Under the pieces are notes generated by a model. The model did no database searches. It was given only the letters and a program-made list of their open reading frames with translations, and was not told the origin of the DNA. The translations under genes were made by a program, and so were the position numbers. Shown here piece after piece: positions 21,502-29,921 of a stretch of 64,000 bases of DNA. The DNA is from an uncultured Candidatus Saccharibacteria bacterium (GTDB lineage: Bacteria; Patescibacteriota; Minisyncoccia; Phycocordibacterales; UBA9973). The stretch is taken from NCBI GenBank assembly GCA_964606295.1, contig CAZSFR010000001.1:56504-120503 (forward strand), in the 5' to 3' direction. How positions within the stretch are numbered: position 1 is the first letter of the stretch; each line of letters begins with the position of its first letter.

Positions 21502-22035
21502 ATGCAAAAGAAGCCTGATTTTTCACATAGAATACTGAAAATCCTGTCCGAGAAGCCTGCTGTTTCGCTTGCAGAGCTGACGGAACGTGTGAATGAGTCC
21601 AAATACGACCACAAGCCTGTCTATGCACTTACGCGCTCATTGAAGGGTCTTAAGGAGGCTGGTTTTGTGGAGTCACGCTCATCCGGACAAAATGACTATG
21701 CTCGCCTGACCAAATCCGGTCGTGTTAAAGCTAACAGCGCAAAGCTTGTAGCTAGAAGCTCTTTGGTTTCTTCTTCTTGGGATGGTAAATGGCGAATCAT
21801 ACTTCTCGACCTTCCTGAGAATCGGAAGTCTGAGAGGGAAAGCCTTCGTTACCTACTCAAGAAAGCTGGATTTGTCTGTCTCAAGAATTCTGCTTGGATT
21901 TCTCCATATCCTTTTGAGCATTTGTTCGGAAATATAAAAAAAGATCTCGGGCTTTCGACCGAGATGATCATCGTAGTAACAAGCGATGTCGACGATGAAA
22001 CAAAAAAAGTTCTGTTTGAAATGTTTGGAAAATAA
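21502..22035 (+). CDS. PaaX-like transcriptional regulator (wHTH plus Cas2-like central domain)
   Basis: RLTKSG wing, WDGKWRIILLDLPE...R..LR..LKKAGF..L..SAWISPY; start 6 nt after TGCTATTAT. Confidence 0.85.
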   Translation: MQKKPDFSHRILKILSEKPAVSLAELTERVNESKYDHKPVYALTRSLKGLKEAGFVESRSSGQNDYARLTKSGRVKANSAKLVARSSLVSSSWDGKWRIILLDLPENRKSERESLRYLLKKAGFVCLKNSAWISPYPFEHLFGNIKKDLGLSTEMIIVVTSDVDDETKKVLFEMFGK

Positions 22036-22038
22036 CAA

Positions 22039-22611
22039 TTAAATTTGCTCAAACACTTTTACTCTAGCCGGTCGCAATATTTTCTCTCCAGCACTATAGC
22101 CAGACTGAATAATTTCGGCAATAGTATTCTCGGCAGACTTATTTTCAGTCTGAATTGATTCAATTGACTCGTGAAGCATCGGGTTGAACGTATCGCCTAC
22201 CTTTACTTGAATCGGAGTGACACCTTCATCAGTAAGCACTTTCAGAAGTTGAGCGTGAATGTACTCTACTCCCGTACGCCAATTCTTCTCCACCTTCTCC
22301 CACGCTTCCCTATTTGCAAATGCCATATCGTACGCATCCAAAACTGGAAGAAGTGATTCGACAAATTGCTCCACAACAATTTCCTTTACACGGGCAAGTC
22401 GTAGTATTTCATCTTTTTTATAGTTGACGAAATCAGCTCGCTCCCTCTGCCAATTGGCGAGGAATTCTTCCTTTTCTTTCTTTGCTTCCTTAACATCCTT
22501 CCGGAATTTCTTGAGTGTCGCCTTCAGGTCTTCTTCTCCATCATTGTTGAATACGAATTCAACAACGTCGTCTTCTATATCTATTTCCTTATCTTCATTT
22601 TCATTAGTCAT
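22039..22611 (-). CDS. grpE: Nucleotide exchange factor GrpE
   Basis: QRERADFVNYKK, LLPVLD, FNPMLHES, GY...LRPARVKV; start MTNENE (track extension overlaps rpsI). Confidence 0.95.
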   Translation of the reverse strand: MTNENEDKEIDIEDDVVEFVFNNDGEEDLKATLKKFRKDVKEAKKEKEEFLANWQRERADFVNYKKDEILRLARVKEIVVEQFVESLLPVLDAYDMAFANREAWEKVEKNWRTGVEYIHAQLLKVLTDEGVTPIQVKVGDTFNPMLHESIESIQTENKSAENTIAEIIQSGYSAGEKILRPARVKVFEQI

Positions 22612-22645
22612 ACGTGTCGTATTATACCCAGTTCGATTCAAAATG

Positions 22646-22678
22646 CAAAAACACTCACAGTGTTGTGAGTGTTTTTTG
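22646..22678 (-). terminator. Intrinsic terminator after rpsI
   Basis: aaaaacactcaca-gtgt-tgtgagtgttttt. Confidence 0.8.
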
Positions 22679-22681
22679 AAA

Positions 22682-23098
22682 TTAACGTTTTGACCACTGT
22701 GGAGATTTGCGAGCTTTTTTGAGTCCGAACTTACGGCGTTCTTTTGCTCTTGGATCGCGCTTGAGAAGTCCAGCTTTCTTGAGTTTGCTTCGTCGTTCTT
22801 CGTCACCCTTCATCTCCTCCACGAGCCCACGAGAGATACCGTGACGGATAGCTTCTGCTTGCGAATGAATACCTCCCCCTTGAACGTGCACTGACACAGA
22901 AAATTTGTTTTCAATTTTTGTTTTCTTAAAAGGTTCTTCGAGAATAGCTTGCAATTTGTCAGTTGCAAAATAATCCTTCAACGCTTTGTCGTTGATGATG
23001 ATAGAAAACTTTGTTGCTGGCTCCATGCGCACACGAGCAGTCGATGTCTTCCGACGACCAATAGTTTCAATATACTGTTTTGCTGATTTTGTTACCAT
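22682..23098 (-). CDS. rpsI: 30S ribosomal protein S9
   Basis: GRRKTSTARV, GGGIHSQAEAIRHG, ERRKFGLKKARKSPQWSKR. Confidence 0.98.
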   Translation of the reverse strand: MVTKSAKQYIETIGRRKTSTARVRMEPATKFSIIINDKALKDYFATDKLQAILEEPFKKTKIENKFSVSVHVQGGGIHSQAEAIRHGISRGLVEEMKGDEERRSKLKKAGLLKRDPRAKERRKFGLKKARKSPQWSKR

Positions 23099-23100
23099 AA

Positions 23101-23451
23101 TTATTCAGATATAGTTAGTTGCTTCATGAGTGTCGTGTGGAGTTTGTTGTGTGGGATCATTCCTGCTACGGCGTGCTTTACAAGCTCTCTCTTGCCTTTG
23201 CGAAGAGCGACGTGGCTCATTTTCTCCTCTGTGAGACCTCCCGGGTATCCTGAATAACGCTTGTGAGTTTCAGTATCAAGCTTCTTTGCACGCATAGTAA
23301 GCTTTCCTGCATTTTCTACGTGTACCTTGATGACTTCTTTTTTATTGCGCTCAAACCTTGGGCTCATTTTACCCAAAAGAAACTTAGCTGCTTCGCTTGC
23401 AACTCGTCCTAGTGATTTGCCTGTGGCATCGATTGTGTGGATTTCTGACAT
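23101..23451 (-). CDS. rplM: 50S ribosomal protein L13 (short)
   Basis: IDATGKSLGRVAS, YSGYPGGL, AVAGMIP. Confidence 0.95.
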   Translation of the reverse strand: MSEIHTIDATGKSLGRVASEAAKFLLGKMSPRFERNKKEVIKVHVENAGKLTMRAKKLDTETHKRYSGYPGGLTEEKMSHVALRKGKRELVKHAVAGMIPHNKLHTTLMKQLTISE

Positions 23452-23456
23452 ATTGA

Positions 23457-23810
23457 TTATACAAATTCTATTAAGGCCATTTTGCTACTGTCAGCTTTTC
23501 GTGGTGGAAGTTTAATAACACGCGTATATCCACCTTTTCGTTCTTTGTACTTCGGTGCTATATCCTGAATAAGTTTTGTTGTTGCTTCCTTAGAATTACG
23601 AAGTGTCGCCAATATCTGTCGGTGCTTCGCAAGGCTAAGATCTCGAGCCTTTGTAACGAGCTTTTCCATATAAGGCCGAAGTGCTTTAGCTTTCGCTTCA
23701 GTTGTCTCGATTCTGCCCTGCAATATCAAACTACGAGCAAGACTCTGCATGAGTGCGACTCGCTGGTTCTTCTCTCGTCCGAATTTTTTTACTTTGTTGT
23801 GATGTCTCAT
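23457..23810 (-). CDS. rplQ: 50S ribosomal protein L17
   Basis: MRH, IETTEAKAK, RKGGYTR. Confidence 0.97.
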   Translation of the reverse strand: MRHHNKVKKFGREKNQRVALMQSLARSLILQGRIETTEAKAKALRPYMEKLVTKARDLSLAKHRQILATLRNSKEATTKLIQDIAPKYKERKGGYTRVIKLPPRKADSSKMALIEFV

Positions 23811-23833
23811 AAAGGCAACCTATCCTACTATAC

Positions 23834-24805
23834 TTATGCTTTCAGTACAATACCGAATGCACTGAGCTCCTTTCTAATTTCTTGTATACCCTTGTCTCCT
23901 ATGCCCTCAACCTCCAAAAGGTCTTCCTCGCGTTTGCGAGCTAGTCCACCTAAAGTGCGAATATTTGCGTTGTTGAGAGAATTGAGAGTTCTAGTAGAGA
24001 GGCCTAGTGAATCAATACGTGTCTTCATAAGATCTGTCATTTCCTCTTCTTTCACACCTTCCTCCACTTTTTCTTCATCTTCTTCTTTCGAGGCTTTCAC
24101 AGATGCGACTACGTCGTCTTTGACACCCACCATAGCCTTCAATTGCTCGAGCATGATGATTATTGAGTTATCCAATGCTTCTCGTGGAGAGATAGTACCG
24201 TCTGTTTCGATAATGATGCGAAGTCTGTTGTGGTTTGTCTTATCTCCAACACGCATGTTTTCAACTTCGTAAGCAACACGACGGATAGGCGTAAAAACTG
24301 CGTCAACAGCAATAGTGCCGATATCAACCTTGTCTTTTTGATGAAGTTCTTTTGGTACGAATCCCATACCACGTTCAAGTACTATTTCGATAGTGACTGA
24401 AGTTTTTCCTGTGATTTCAAAGAGGTACTCATCTTTTGTAAGGACTTCTACTTGTCCGTCAGTTTCGATATCCTGTGAGTGTATTTTTCCGGGGCCTTTG
24501 ACAGTGAATGAAAAGGAGTGCGAGTCAACACCAGTCAGCTTGAAACGAACTTTCTTGAGATGAAGCATTATCGTGACTACATCTTCACGCACATTTTCGA
24601 TAGTCGAAAATTCGTGTGATACACCACCTATCTTGATAGATGTAATCGCAACACCAGGAAGTGACGAAAGAATGATTCGACGAAGAGAGTTACCGAGAGT
24701 ATGTCCATACCCAGGGTAGAGATTGTCGATTTCATATGTACCTTTGTTGCCTTCTTCTTTTGCAACACGGGGCGCGGAAGGGAGAAGTATTGTGTGGTCT
24801 CGCAT
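23834..24805 (-). CDS. rpoA: RNA polymerase alpha subunit
   Basis: GYGHTLGNSLRRIILSS, HEFSTI, DAVFTP, CTD LSTRTLNSL. Confidence 0.98.
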   Translation of the reverse strand: MRDHTILLPSAPRVAKEEGNKGTYEIDNLYPGYGHTLGNSLRRIILSSLPGVAITSIKIGGVSHEFSTIENVREDVVTIMLHLKKVRFKLTGVDSHSFSFTVKGPGKIHSQDIETDGQVEVLTKDEYLFEITGKTSVTIEIVLERGMGFVPKELHQKDKVDIGTIAVDAVFTPIRRVAYEVENMRVGDKTNHNRLRIIIETDGTISPREALDNSIIIMLEQLKAMVGVKDDVVASVKASKEEDEEKVEEGVKEEEMTDLMKTRIDSLGLSTRTLNSLNNANIRTLGGLARKREEDLLEVEGIGDKGIQEIRKELSAFGIVLKA

Positions 24806-24858
24806 AAATTAAATTACTTATTGTATAAGTGATTAATACTAATAATGAACAAATAAAT

Positions 24859-25461
24859 TTATCTGCTGTAGAATTCGAGCACCGTGTCTATATTGAAGAA
24901 TTCTTGCGTGTATACTGGTGTACCAAGTACTTTTCCTGTCAGTGCGCCCGGATCGAATGACACCCACTTTGGCATCTGATATGTTTTCATTTTTTCAGAA
25001 AGTTGCTGGAAAAGAGGGCTCGCCTTGCTTCCTTCGCGAATTACAATCACGTCATCTTTTTTGACTTCATATGACGGGATAGTCACACGTCTTCCGTTGA
25101 CAACGATATGTCCGTGAGAAACCATTTGACGTCCAAGTGCGCGTGTTGAAGCTATACCCATACGATAGACGGTATTGTCTAAACGTCGCTCGAGTCTCTC
25201 GTAAAGAAGTGACGGTGTGTTGGATTGCTTTGATTCGACAGCGTCATTGACATATCGTGACAATTGGCGCTCTGTGACACCATAGGAGTAACGAATCTTT
25301 TGTTTTTCTAAAAGCTGTTCACCAAAGCCTGAGAGAGCCTTTGGTCGGCTTTTCTTTTTACCTCGACGAGCTTCGGATGCAGCAAACTTAGGTGTCTGGC
25401 ACTTTTCGTACACACCCGCACCCAATCTTCGTCCTATTTTGTATTTTGGTTTAGAAAGCAT
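24859..25461 (-). CDS. rpsD: 30S ribosomal protein S4
   Basis: QLLEKQK, LERRLDNTVYR, RQMVSHGH, EFYSR. Confidence 0.98.
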   Translation of the reverse strand: MLSKPKYKIGRRLGAGVYEKCQTPKFAASEARRGKKKSRPKALSGFGEQLLEKQKIRYSYGVTERQLSRYVNDAVESKQSNTPSLLYERLERRLDNTVYRMGIASTRALGRQMVSHGHIVVNGRRVTIPSYEVKKDDVIVIREGSKASPLFQQLSEKMKTYQMPKWVSFDPGALTGKVLGTPVYTQEFFNIDTVLEFYSR

Positions 25462-25480
25462 AGTTTATTATTGAAATTTA

Positions 25481-25909
25481 TTAAACGCGTCTCGGCTTCT
25501 TGGCCTTCGGTCCATTGTGAGGTACTGGTGTCTCATCGCGAACCCCCGTCAATTCATAACCACGAGCAATAAAAGCTCTAATCGTCGGTTCACGCCCGCT
25601 ACCGACACCGCGGACAACAACGTCTATATCTTTGAGACCAAGCGCTTCAGCCTTTTCTGCTAGCACTTCACCTACCTTGGAGGCTGCGAACGGTGTTCCC
25701 TTCTTTGCTCCTTTGAAACCAAGAGCACCAGATGAACTTGAGAGTACTGCATTTCCAGCCTTATCGGTCAAAACTGCCTTTGTATTATTAAATGTGGCTT
25801 GGACGTGGAGAGTTCCTGAAATAAGCTTCTTTTTAGAAACTTTGTTTGATGCACTTCCTGATGTTCCTGCATCTGATGATCCTTTTTTTACAATTCGTTT
25901 TTTTCCCAT
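25481..25909 (-). CDS. rpsK: 30S ribosomal protein S11
   Basis: ATFNNT, KKGTPFAA, DETPVPHNG. Confidence 0.98.
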   Translation of the reverse strand: MGKKRIVKKGSSDAGTSGSASNKVSKKKLISGTLHVQATFNNTKAVLTDKAGNAVLSSSSGALGFKGAKKGTPFAASKVGEVLAEKAEALGLKDIDVVVRGVGSGREPTIRAFIARGYELTGVRDETPVPHNGPKAKKPRRV

Positions 25910-25969
25910 TTTGTTTTATGTTATGTGTTTGGTTTCTATCACCTATATACTCCAGACTATTTGCTCGCT

Positions 25970-26350
25970 CTAAGTCTTCTCAACCTTTCGGCGACCGCTT
26001 GCCATAGTCTTTCTCACATTACCTCTCATTGTTCGGGAATTTGTTTTTGTTCTTTGTCCGCGAGTAGGAAGCTTTTTGGTATGGCGACTACCTCGGTAGC
26101 TTTTGATATCTTTCAATCGTTTGATGTTACCAGAAATTTCACGCTTAAGCACACCTTCAACTTTCATTCCTTCGATAAGTGCTCGGATTCTGTTCTCATC
26201 CTCCACACTGAGGTCTGCCGGCTTCTTGTTACTGTCTACTTTTGCGCTAGTCAAAACTTTCTTTGCTATACTGCGTCCAACACCGTACACAGCAGTGAGG
26301 CCGACTGCTAGCTTCTTTTCGTTTGGAATTGTTATACCTGAAATACGCAT
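25970..26350 (-). CDS. rpsM: 30S ribosomal protein S13
   Basis: LTAVYGVG, YRGSRH..LPTRGQRTKTN. Confidence 0.98.
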   Translation of the reverse strand: MRISGITIPNEKKLAVGLTAVYGVGRSIAKKVLTSAKVDSNKKPADLSVEDENRIRALIEGMKVEGVLKREISGNIKRLKDIKSYRGSRHTKKLPTRGQRTKTNSRTMRGNVRKTMASGRRKVEKT

Positions 26351-26353
26351 GGA

Positions 26354-26464
26354 TTATTGTTTTTGCTTGTGCTTAGGATTTTCACAAATCACAAATAAAT
26401 GGTTTTTTCTTTTAACCATTTTGCAACTTGCACAAATTTTTTTCACAGCTGATTTGATTTTCAT
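26354..26464 (-). CDS. rpmJ: 50S ribosomal protein L36
   Basis: Own translation [36 protein letters not shown] (CxxC...C...H zinc ribbon); below ORF-track cutoff. Confidence 0.95.
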   Translation of the reverse strand: MKIKSAVKKICASCKMVKRKNHLFVICENPKHKQKQ

Positions 26465-26523
26465 TATATAAAAGGCGCTACTACAAAAAATAAGTCCGTT
26501 TACACGGACACGCGAATTGCATC

Positions 26524-26754
26524 CTAACTCATTTTGAGTCTTTTGACAATGCGCGCCTTGCCCTGATATGGGTCGAGAATGAGGTCAACTTTGTCTCCGA
26601 CCAATACCTTTATTCTGTTGAATCTCATCTTTCCAGCTAAGTAGGCGAGAACAACGTTCCCACTCTCGAGCTCTACACGGAACAAAGTGTTCGGTAAGGC
26701 TTCGACAACTAGGCCAGATACTGTAGAATCAACTTCTTTTCCTCCTTCACTCAT
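26524..26754 (-). CDS. infA: Translation initiation factor IF-1
   Basis: [27 protein letters not shown]; start MSEGG. Confidence 0.95.
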   Translation of the reverse strand: MSEGGKEVDSTVSGLVVEALPNTLFRVELESGNVVLAYLAGKMRFNRIKVLVGDKVDLILDPYQGKARIVKRLKMS

Positions 26755-26812
26755 TTTTTGCAAGTGATGAGATAATAACAAAATCAACTATATAAGTCAA
26801 GTAATACATATG

Positions 26813-28291
26813 TTAATCAGCCAGAATGACATTTATGTGTTCTGTCTTGTCTGGGAAACTCCTGTGCCACAGTGGGTGCATGGCGACTTTGGCGGATAGA
26901 ATGCTAGGGTAGTTCAAAAGTATAGTATCAACATCTCTTACTTTTCTTGTGATCAAAGACTTCACGAATGAATCTATGTCAATTATCGCATTAGCCTTGC
27001 CTTCCCCTGTTAGTGTGAAGCTTATCTTGCTAGCAGTGTTTGGTAGTATTAGATCCTTGCTATCAAGCTTGAATGTGAAATCTTCAAGATTTGGAATATC
27101 AAATTTTTTGTCTGTGTGTGTTGCAAGCGTTGTTCGTGTACCAATAGTTGAAATGAGGGCATCCTTCGAAAACATAAAGGCAGTTACTTTGAGGGTAACA
27201 ACTATTGGAATTGATACTTCCTTCGACTGCAATGAGTTGACTGTGCTCGACTGTTCATAAAAAACTGCATCATCAAAAACTATGTAGCCAGCGGGCACCT
27301 CTGCCATGACTTGTGTTATTGCCTTCTCTTTCAGCGACTCAATAATAAGATTTTCTTGTTCAGAACGCTCCTCAGGTGTAATCGTATACACTAGCCCAGT
27401 ACTCCCTCCCTCAATTGCAGTTTTGGAACGACCATAGAATTTCGCATATTTATCTGCCTGTGTTTTGAAACCAACAAATTTGAAGTCCGTCATTCCAGTA
27501 TTATAAGTTTCACCACTTTCAGTTGCGTGGACACCTACTTCGAGCTGTCCTGGAACCACCGTCTCTCCCTTCTTCGTGTAGCCGGGAATTGAAACCGCAA
27601 TGTCGGTCATATAGATTTTGCCATTCGTGGCTTCGAGACGAGTGTTGATGAGAAGATTTTGCTTGCTTGTACTATATGCATTGTAAAGAATGACTTTACC
27701 TGTCGCGAGCTTATCACTCGTTGTACTGCCGGTTGAAACAACATCTGCTTTGTCGCTCATATCAACTGCCATAACTGAGAATGGAAGTCCTGTACTTGCG
27801 TCTTTGTTTGCCTCAAATTTTTCATCAATAGAAAGAGGTTCGCTGTACGGCGTGACTGTGACCGTTGCTCTCACAAACACAAAAGAAAGAGCGTAGACAA
27901 GGGCAATAAGACAGATGGTCGCAAATACCCATACACCTTTTCCACTTTTGCTACCACCGTCTCTGTTTATTTTTCGAAACGTTTCCTTTGGTGTGCTTGG
28001 CAATTTTAGTTCTGAAACAGTTGCAACGTTTGGAGTACGTACTTCCGGCATATCAGACTCTTGTGTGACAGCGTGCCTCGCGTAGCGCATGAGAAAAGGA
28101 TTGGTATCAATCTCTCTATTTGCATTCAAAAGTTCAGTTTCTTCCGAGCTGGTGAGTTCTTCTCGAGGAACAAGTATATCCCTATTCAATCGATTTGTAT
28201 CAGATTGAACTACCTTTTTATCCAACCTTACTGGTCTTTCGGGCTCATTATTTGGAGAGACTATGTCTTGAATGAAATTATTATTTGCCAT
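26813..28291 (-). CDS. Bitopic membrane protein with baseplate-J-like extracellular region
   Basis: Disordered N-terminus, single TM, ATVTVTP, ATGKVILYN, TRLE...G..Y, A...GETYN, GG motifs, C-terminal PLW..FP. Confidence 0.65.
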   Translation of the reverse strand: MANNNFIQDIVSPNNEPERPVRLDKKVVQSDTNRLNRDILVPREELTSSEETELLNANREIDTNPFLMRYARHAVTQESDMPEVRTPNVATVSELKLPSTPKETFRKINRDGGSKSGKGVWVFATICLIALVYALSFVFVRATVTVTPYSEPLSIDEKFEANKDASTGLPFSVMAVDMSDKADVVSTGSTTSDKLATGKVILYNAYSTSKQNLLINTRLEATNGKIYMTDIAVSIPGYTKKGETVVPGQLEVGVHATESGETYNTGMTDFKFVGFKTQADKYAKFYGRSKTAIEGGSTGLVYTITPEERSEQENLIIESLKEKAITQVMAEVPAGYIVFDDAVFYEQSSTVNSLQSKEVSIPIVVTLKVTAFMFSKDALISTIGTRTTLATHTDKKFDIPNLEDFTFKLDSKDLILPNTASKISFTLTGEGKANAIIDIDSFVKSLITRKVRDVDTILLNYPSILSAKVAMHPLWHRSFPDKTEHINVILAD

Positions 28292-28305
28292 ATTTTGATA
28301 CTGAA

Positions 28306-29493
28306 TTAACTTTCTGTTCGGCGTGTAATGTATAGAGCCAACATTCCCATATACACATCATAAGTTGCGCCGGGAATATATGTTAGCCATTCCTTGAACA
28401 AAGGAAGCTTTATAACTATAACATTAAATTTCTCTCCTGCAATTTGGTAAGGCATCAGTGCTTCATCGTCAAGGGCTCCCTTTACCCACTTTTCATGATT
28501 TTCATCAACAAGTACAAAGATAGTCGGTGGAATAAATATATCACTTGAAAGTGTCGCTAGTGCTTGAGAGAATGATTTGATCCAGACAGACTCAGCTTTG
28601 AGAACTGCTTTCTCCATACCAGCAACTAGATTTGATTCGAGAGTATTGTCTCTGTAAAGCGAAAGCATTGCTTCGGCTTCGTCTTTAGATTTACCCAACT
28701 CTTCTGTTACTATGCGCGCAAAGTGATTTCTCCCGCAGGGAAATGAAGCATTCTCCAAAATAACATCGGCCTCGATAAATGATATGTCCGTCAACTCTCC
28801 ATCAACATCGACTATGAGAAAATCTTTTGTATCTGCGAATGTGTCACGCATCGTTGTAAAAACAGAAAAGATAGACGTGTGAAAATGTACTGTTGATCGA
28901 TGGCTTGCACTTTGTACAGAAGATTCGATTTTCGAAAGCACTTCTTTTGGTGACATACTTATAAAAAGTGAGAGTTCGACAGATGAAGCTGATTTACCAT
29001 CTGGCGAAAGAACTGAGTAGCCATTTAGTCGTGCGCTCATGGTGTTTGACTCAACGATGACGACATCTTCTCCAAGTGAGCCAAATTTTGTTTTATACTC
29101 TTCTTCAAATGCTCGCAATTCCTTTTCCAAGAGTTCGTCATGGAGTTTCTGTGTAAAAGTGAATGGTGTCATTTTGGAAAGCGTGACGACACGTGTTTGT
29201 GATGCGTGCCAAGGCGAAGAAATAATGACATGTATGTTGTGGGGAATGTTTTTTTCACCAGTGACTAAATGCTCGACACACTTTTTGACAGATACAAGCG
29301 TGCCCTCAAGCAATGTCGCAAATGAAATATTATCTTTGACAACGATAGGCATCCGAAACGTTTTTTCCATAGTAGGGTGCGCAGGAATTCCTTCCTTCTG
29401 TGGACATGAAATAATAGAGCCACCGACGGTGCCGGAGCCTACGTCAAGAACAATAACTCGCCTTGCATTGTTTTTCTTATGAAAAAGTTGCAT
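28306..29493 (-). CDS. Degenerate FtsA/PilM-like actin-fold protein
   Basis: VLDVGSGTVGG phosphate-1 and IVDVDGELTDI phosphate-2 like motifs; start MQLFH 8 nt after TATACT. Confidence 0.7.
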   Translation of the reverse strand: MQLFHKKNNARRVIVLDVGSGTVGGSIISCPQKEGIPAHPTMEKTFRMPIVVKDNISFATLLEGTLVSVKKCVEHLVTGEKNIPHNIHVIISSPWHASQTRVVTLSKMTPFTFTQKLHDELLEKELRAFEEEYKTKFGSLGEDVVIVESNTMSARLNGYSVLSPDGKSASSVELSLFISMSPKEVLSKIESSVQSASHRSTVHFHTSIFSVFTTMRDTFADTKDFLIVDVDGELTDISFIEADVILENASFPCGRNHFARIVTEELGKSKDEAEAMLSLYRDNTLESNLVAGMEKAVLKAESVWIKSFSQALATLSSDIFIPPTIFVLVDENHEKWVKGALDDEALMPYQIAGEKFNVIVIKLPLFKEWLTYIPGATYDVYMGMLALYITRRTES

Positions 29494-29515
29494 GTCTATA
29501 TAGTATACAGCATGA

Positions 29516-29899
29516 TTAGTCGTTTTCCTTAATTCTTTTGCCTTCTGCGTCATAGGTCACATAAACATCCTTGTTGGTCGGCTTTTTTTGTATTGCTATC
29601 CTACCTTTCATTTGTCTCATTGAATTGACCACGATGCGAATAATAACAAAGAGAATACCATTCAAAATAAGCAGTATCCAAAATATGAACCTAGCAAAGC
29701 CTGAGTCTCCGCCGAAAACATTTGTATATCCCCATAGAAAGCAAAGAATCATGAGTATTCCACCAGGAGCAAAGAGAAGTCCCAAAATCTCCACTAGAAT
29801 ATCCCTAGCTCTACTAAAAGAAAATCCATTTGGATTATTAAATCCTCTCTCTATACCGTCAACTCGATCCCTGACGCTGAAGAATTCAAACATATGCAA
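29516..29899 (-). CDS. Hypothetical 2-TM membrane protein
   Basis: Two hydrophobic helices, C-terminal DVYVTYDAE. Confidence 0.65.
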   Translation of the reverse strand: MHMFEFFSVRDRVDGIERGFNNPNGFSFSRARDILVEILGLLFAPGGILMILCFLWGYTNVFGGDSGFARFIFWILLILNGILFVIIRIVVNSMRQMKGRIAIQKKPTNKDVYVTYDAEGKRIKEND

Positions 29900-29921
29900 A
29901 TTTTAGCATAAAATTATGGAT

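Noticed and set aside
21502-22035. Cas2/CRISPR system
   Set aside because: The Cas2-like segment is the PaaX central domain behind a wHTH; no cas1 or repeat-spacer array was seen in the window.
22612-22806. N-terminal extension of GrpE (also TypA, TrxB, FtsA, IF-1 and subunit 2 extensions in the ORF track)
   Set aside because: Extensions cross terminators, promoters or neighbouring genes; downstream ATGs fit homology and -10 spacing.
26813-28291. Prophage or contractile injection system
   Set aside because: Isolated TM-anchored baseplate-J-like protein among housekeeping genes; no sheath, tube, capsid or terminase.
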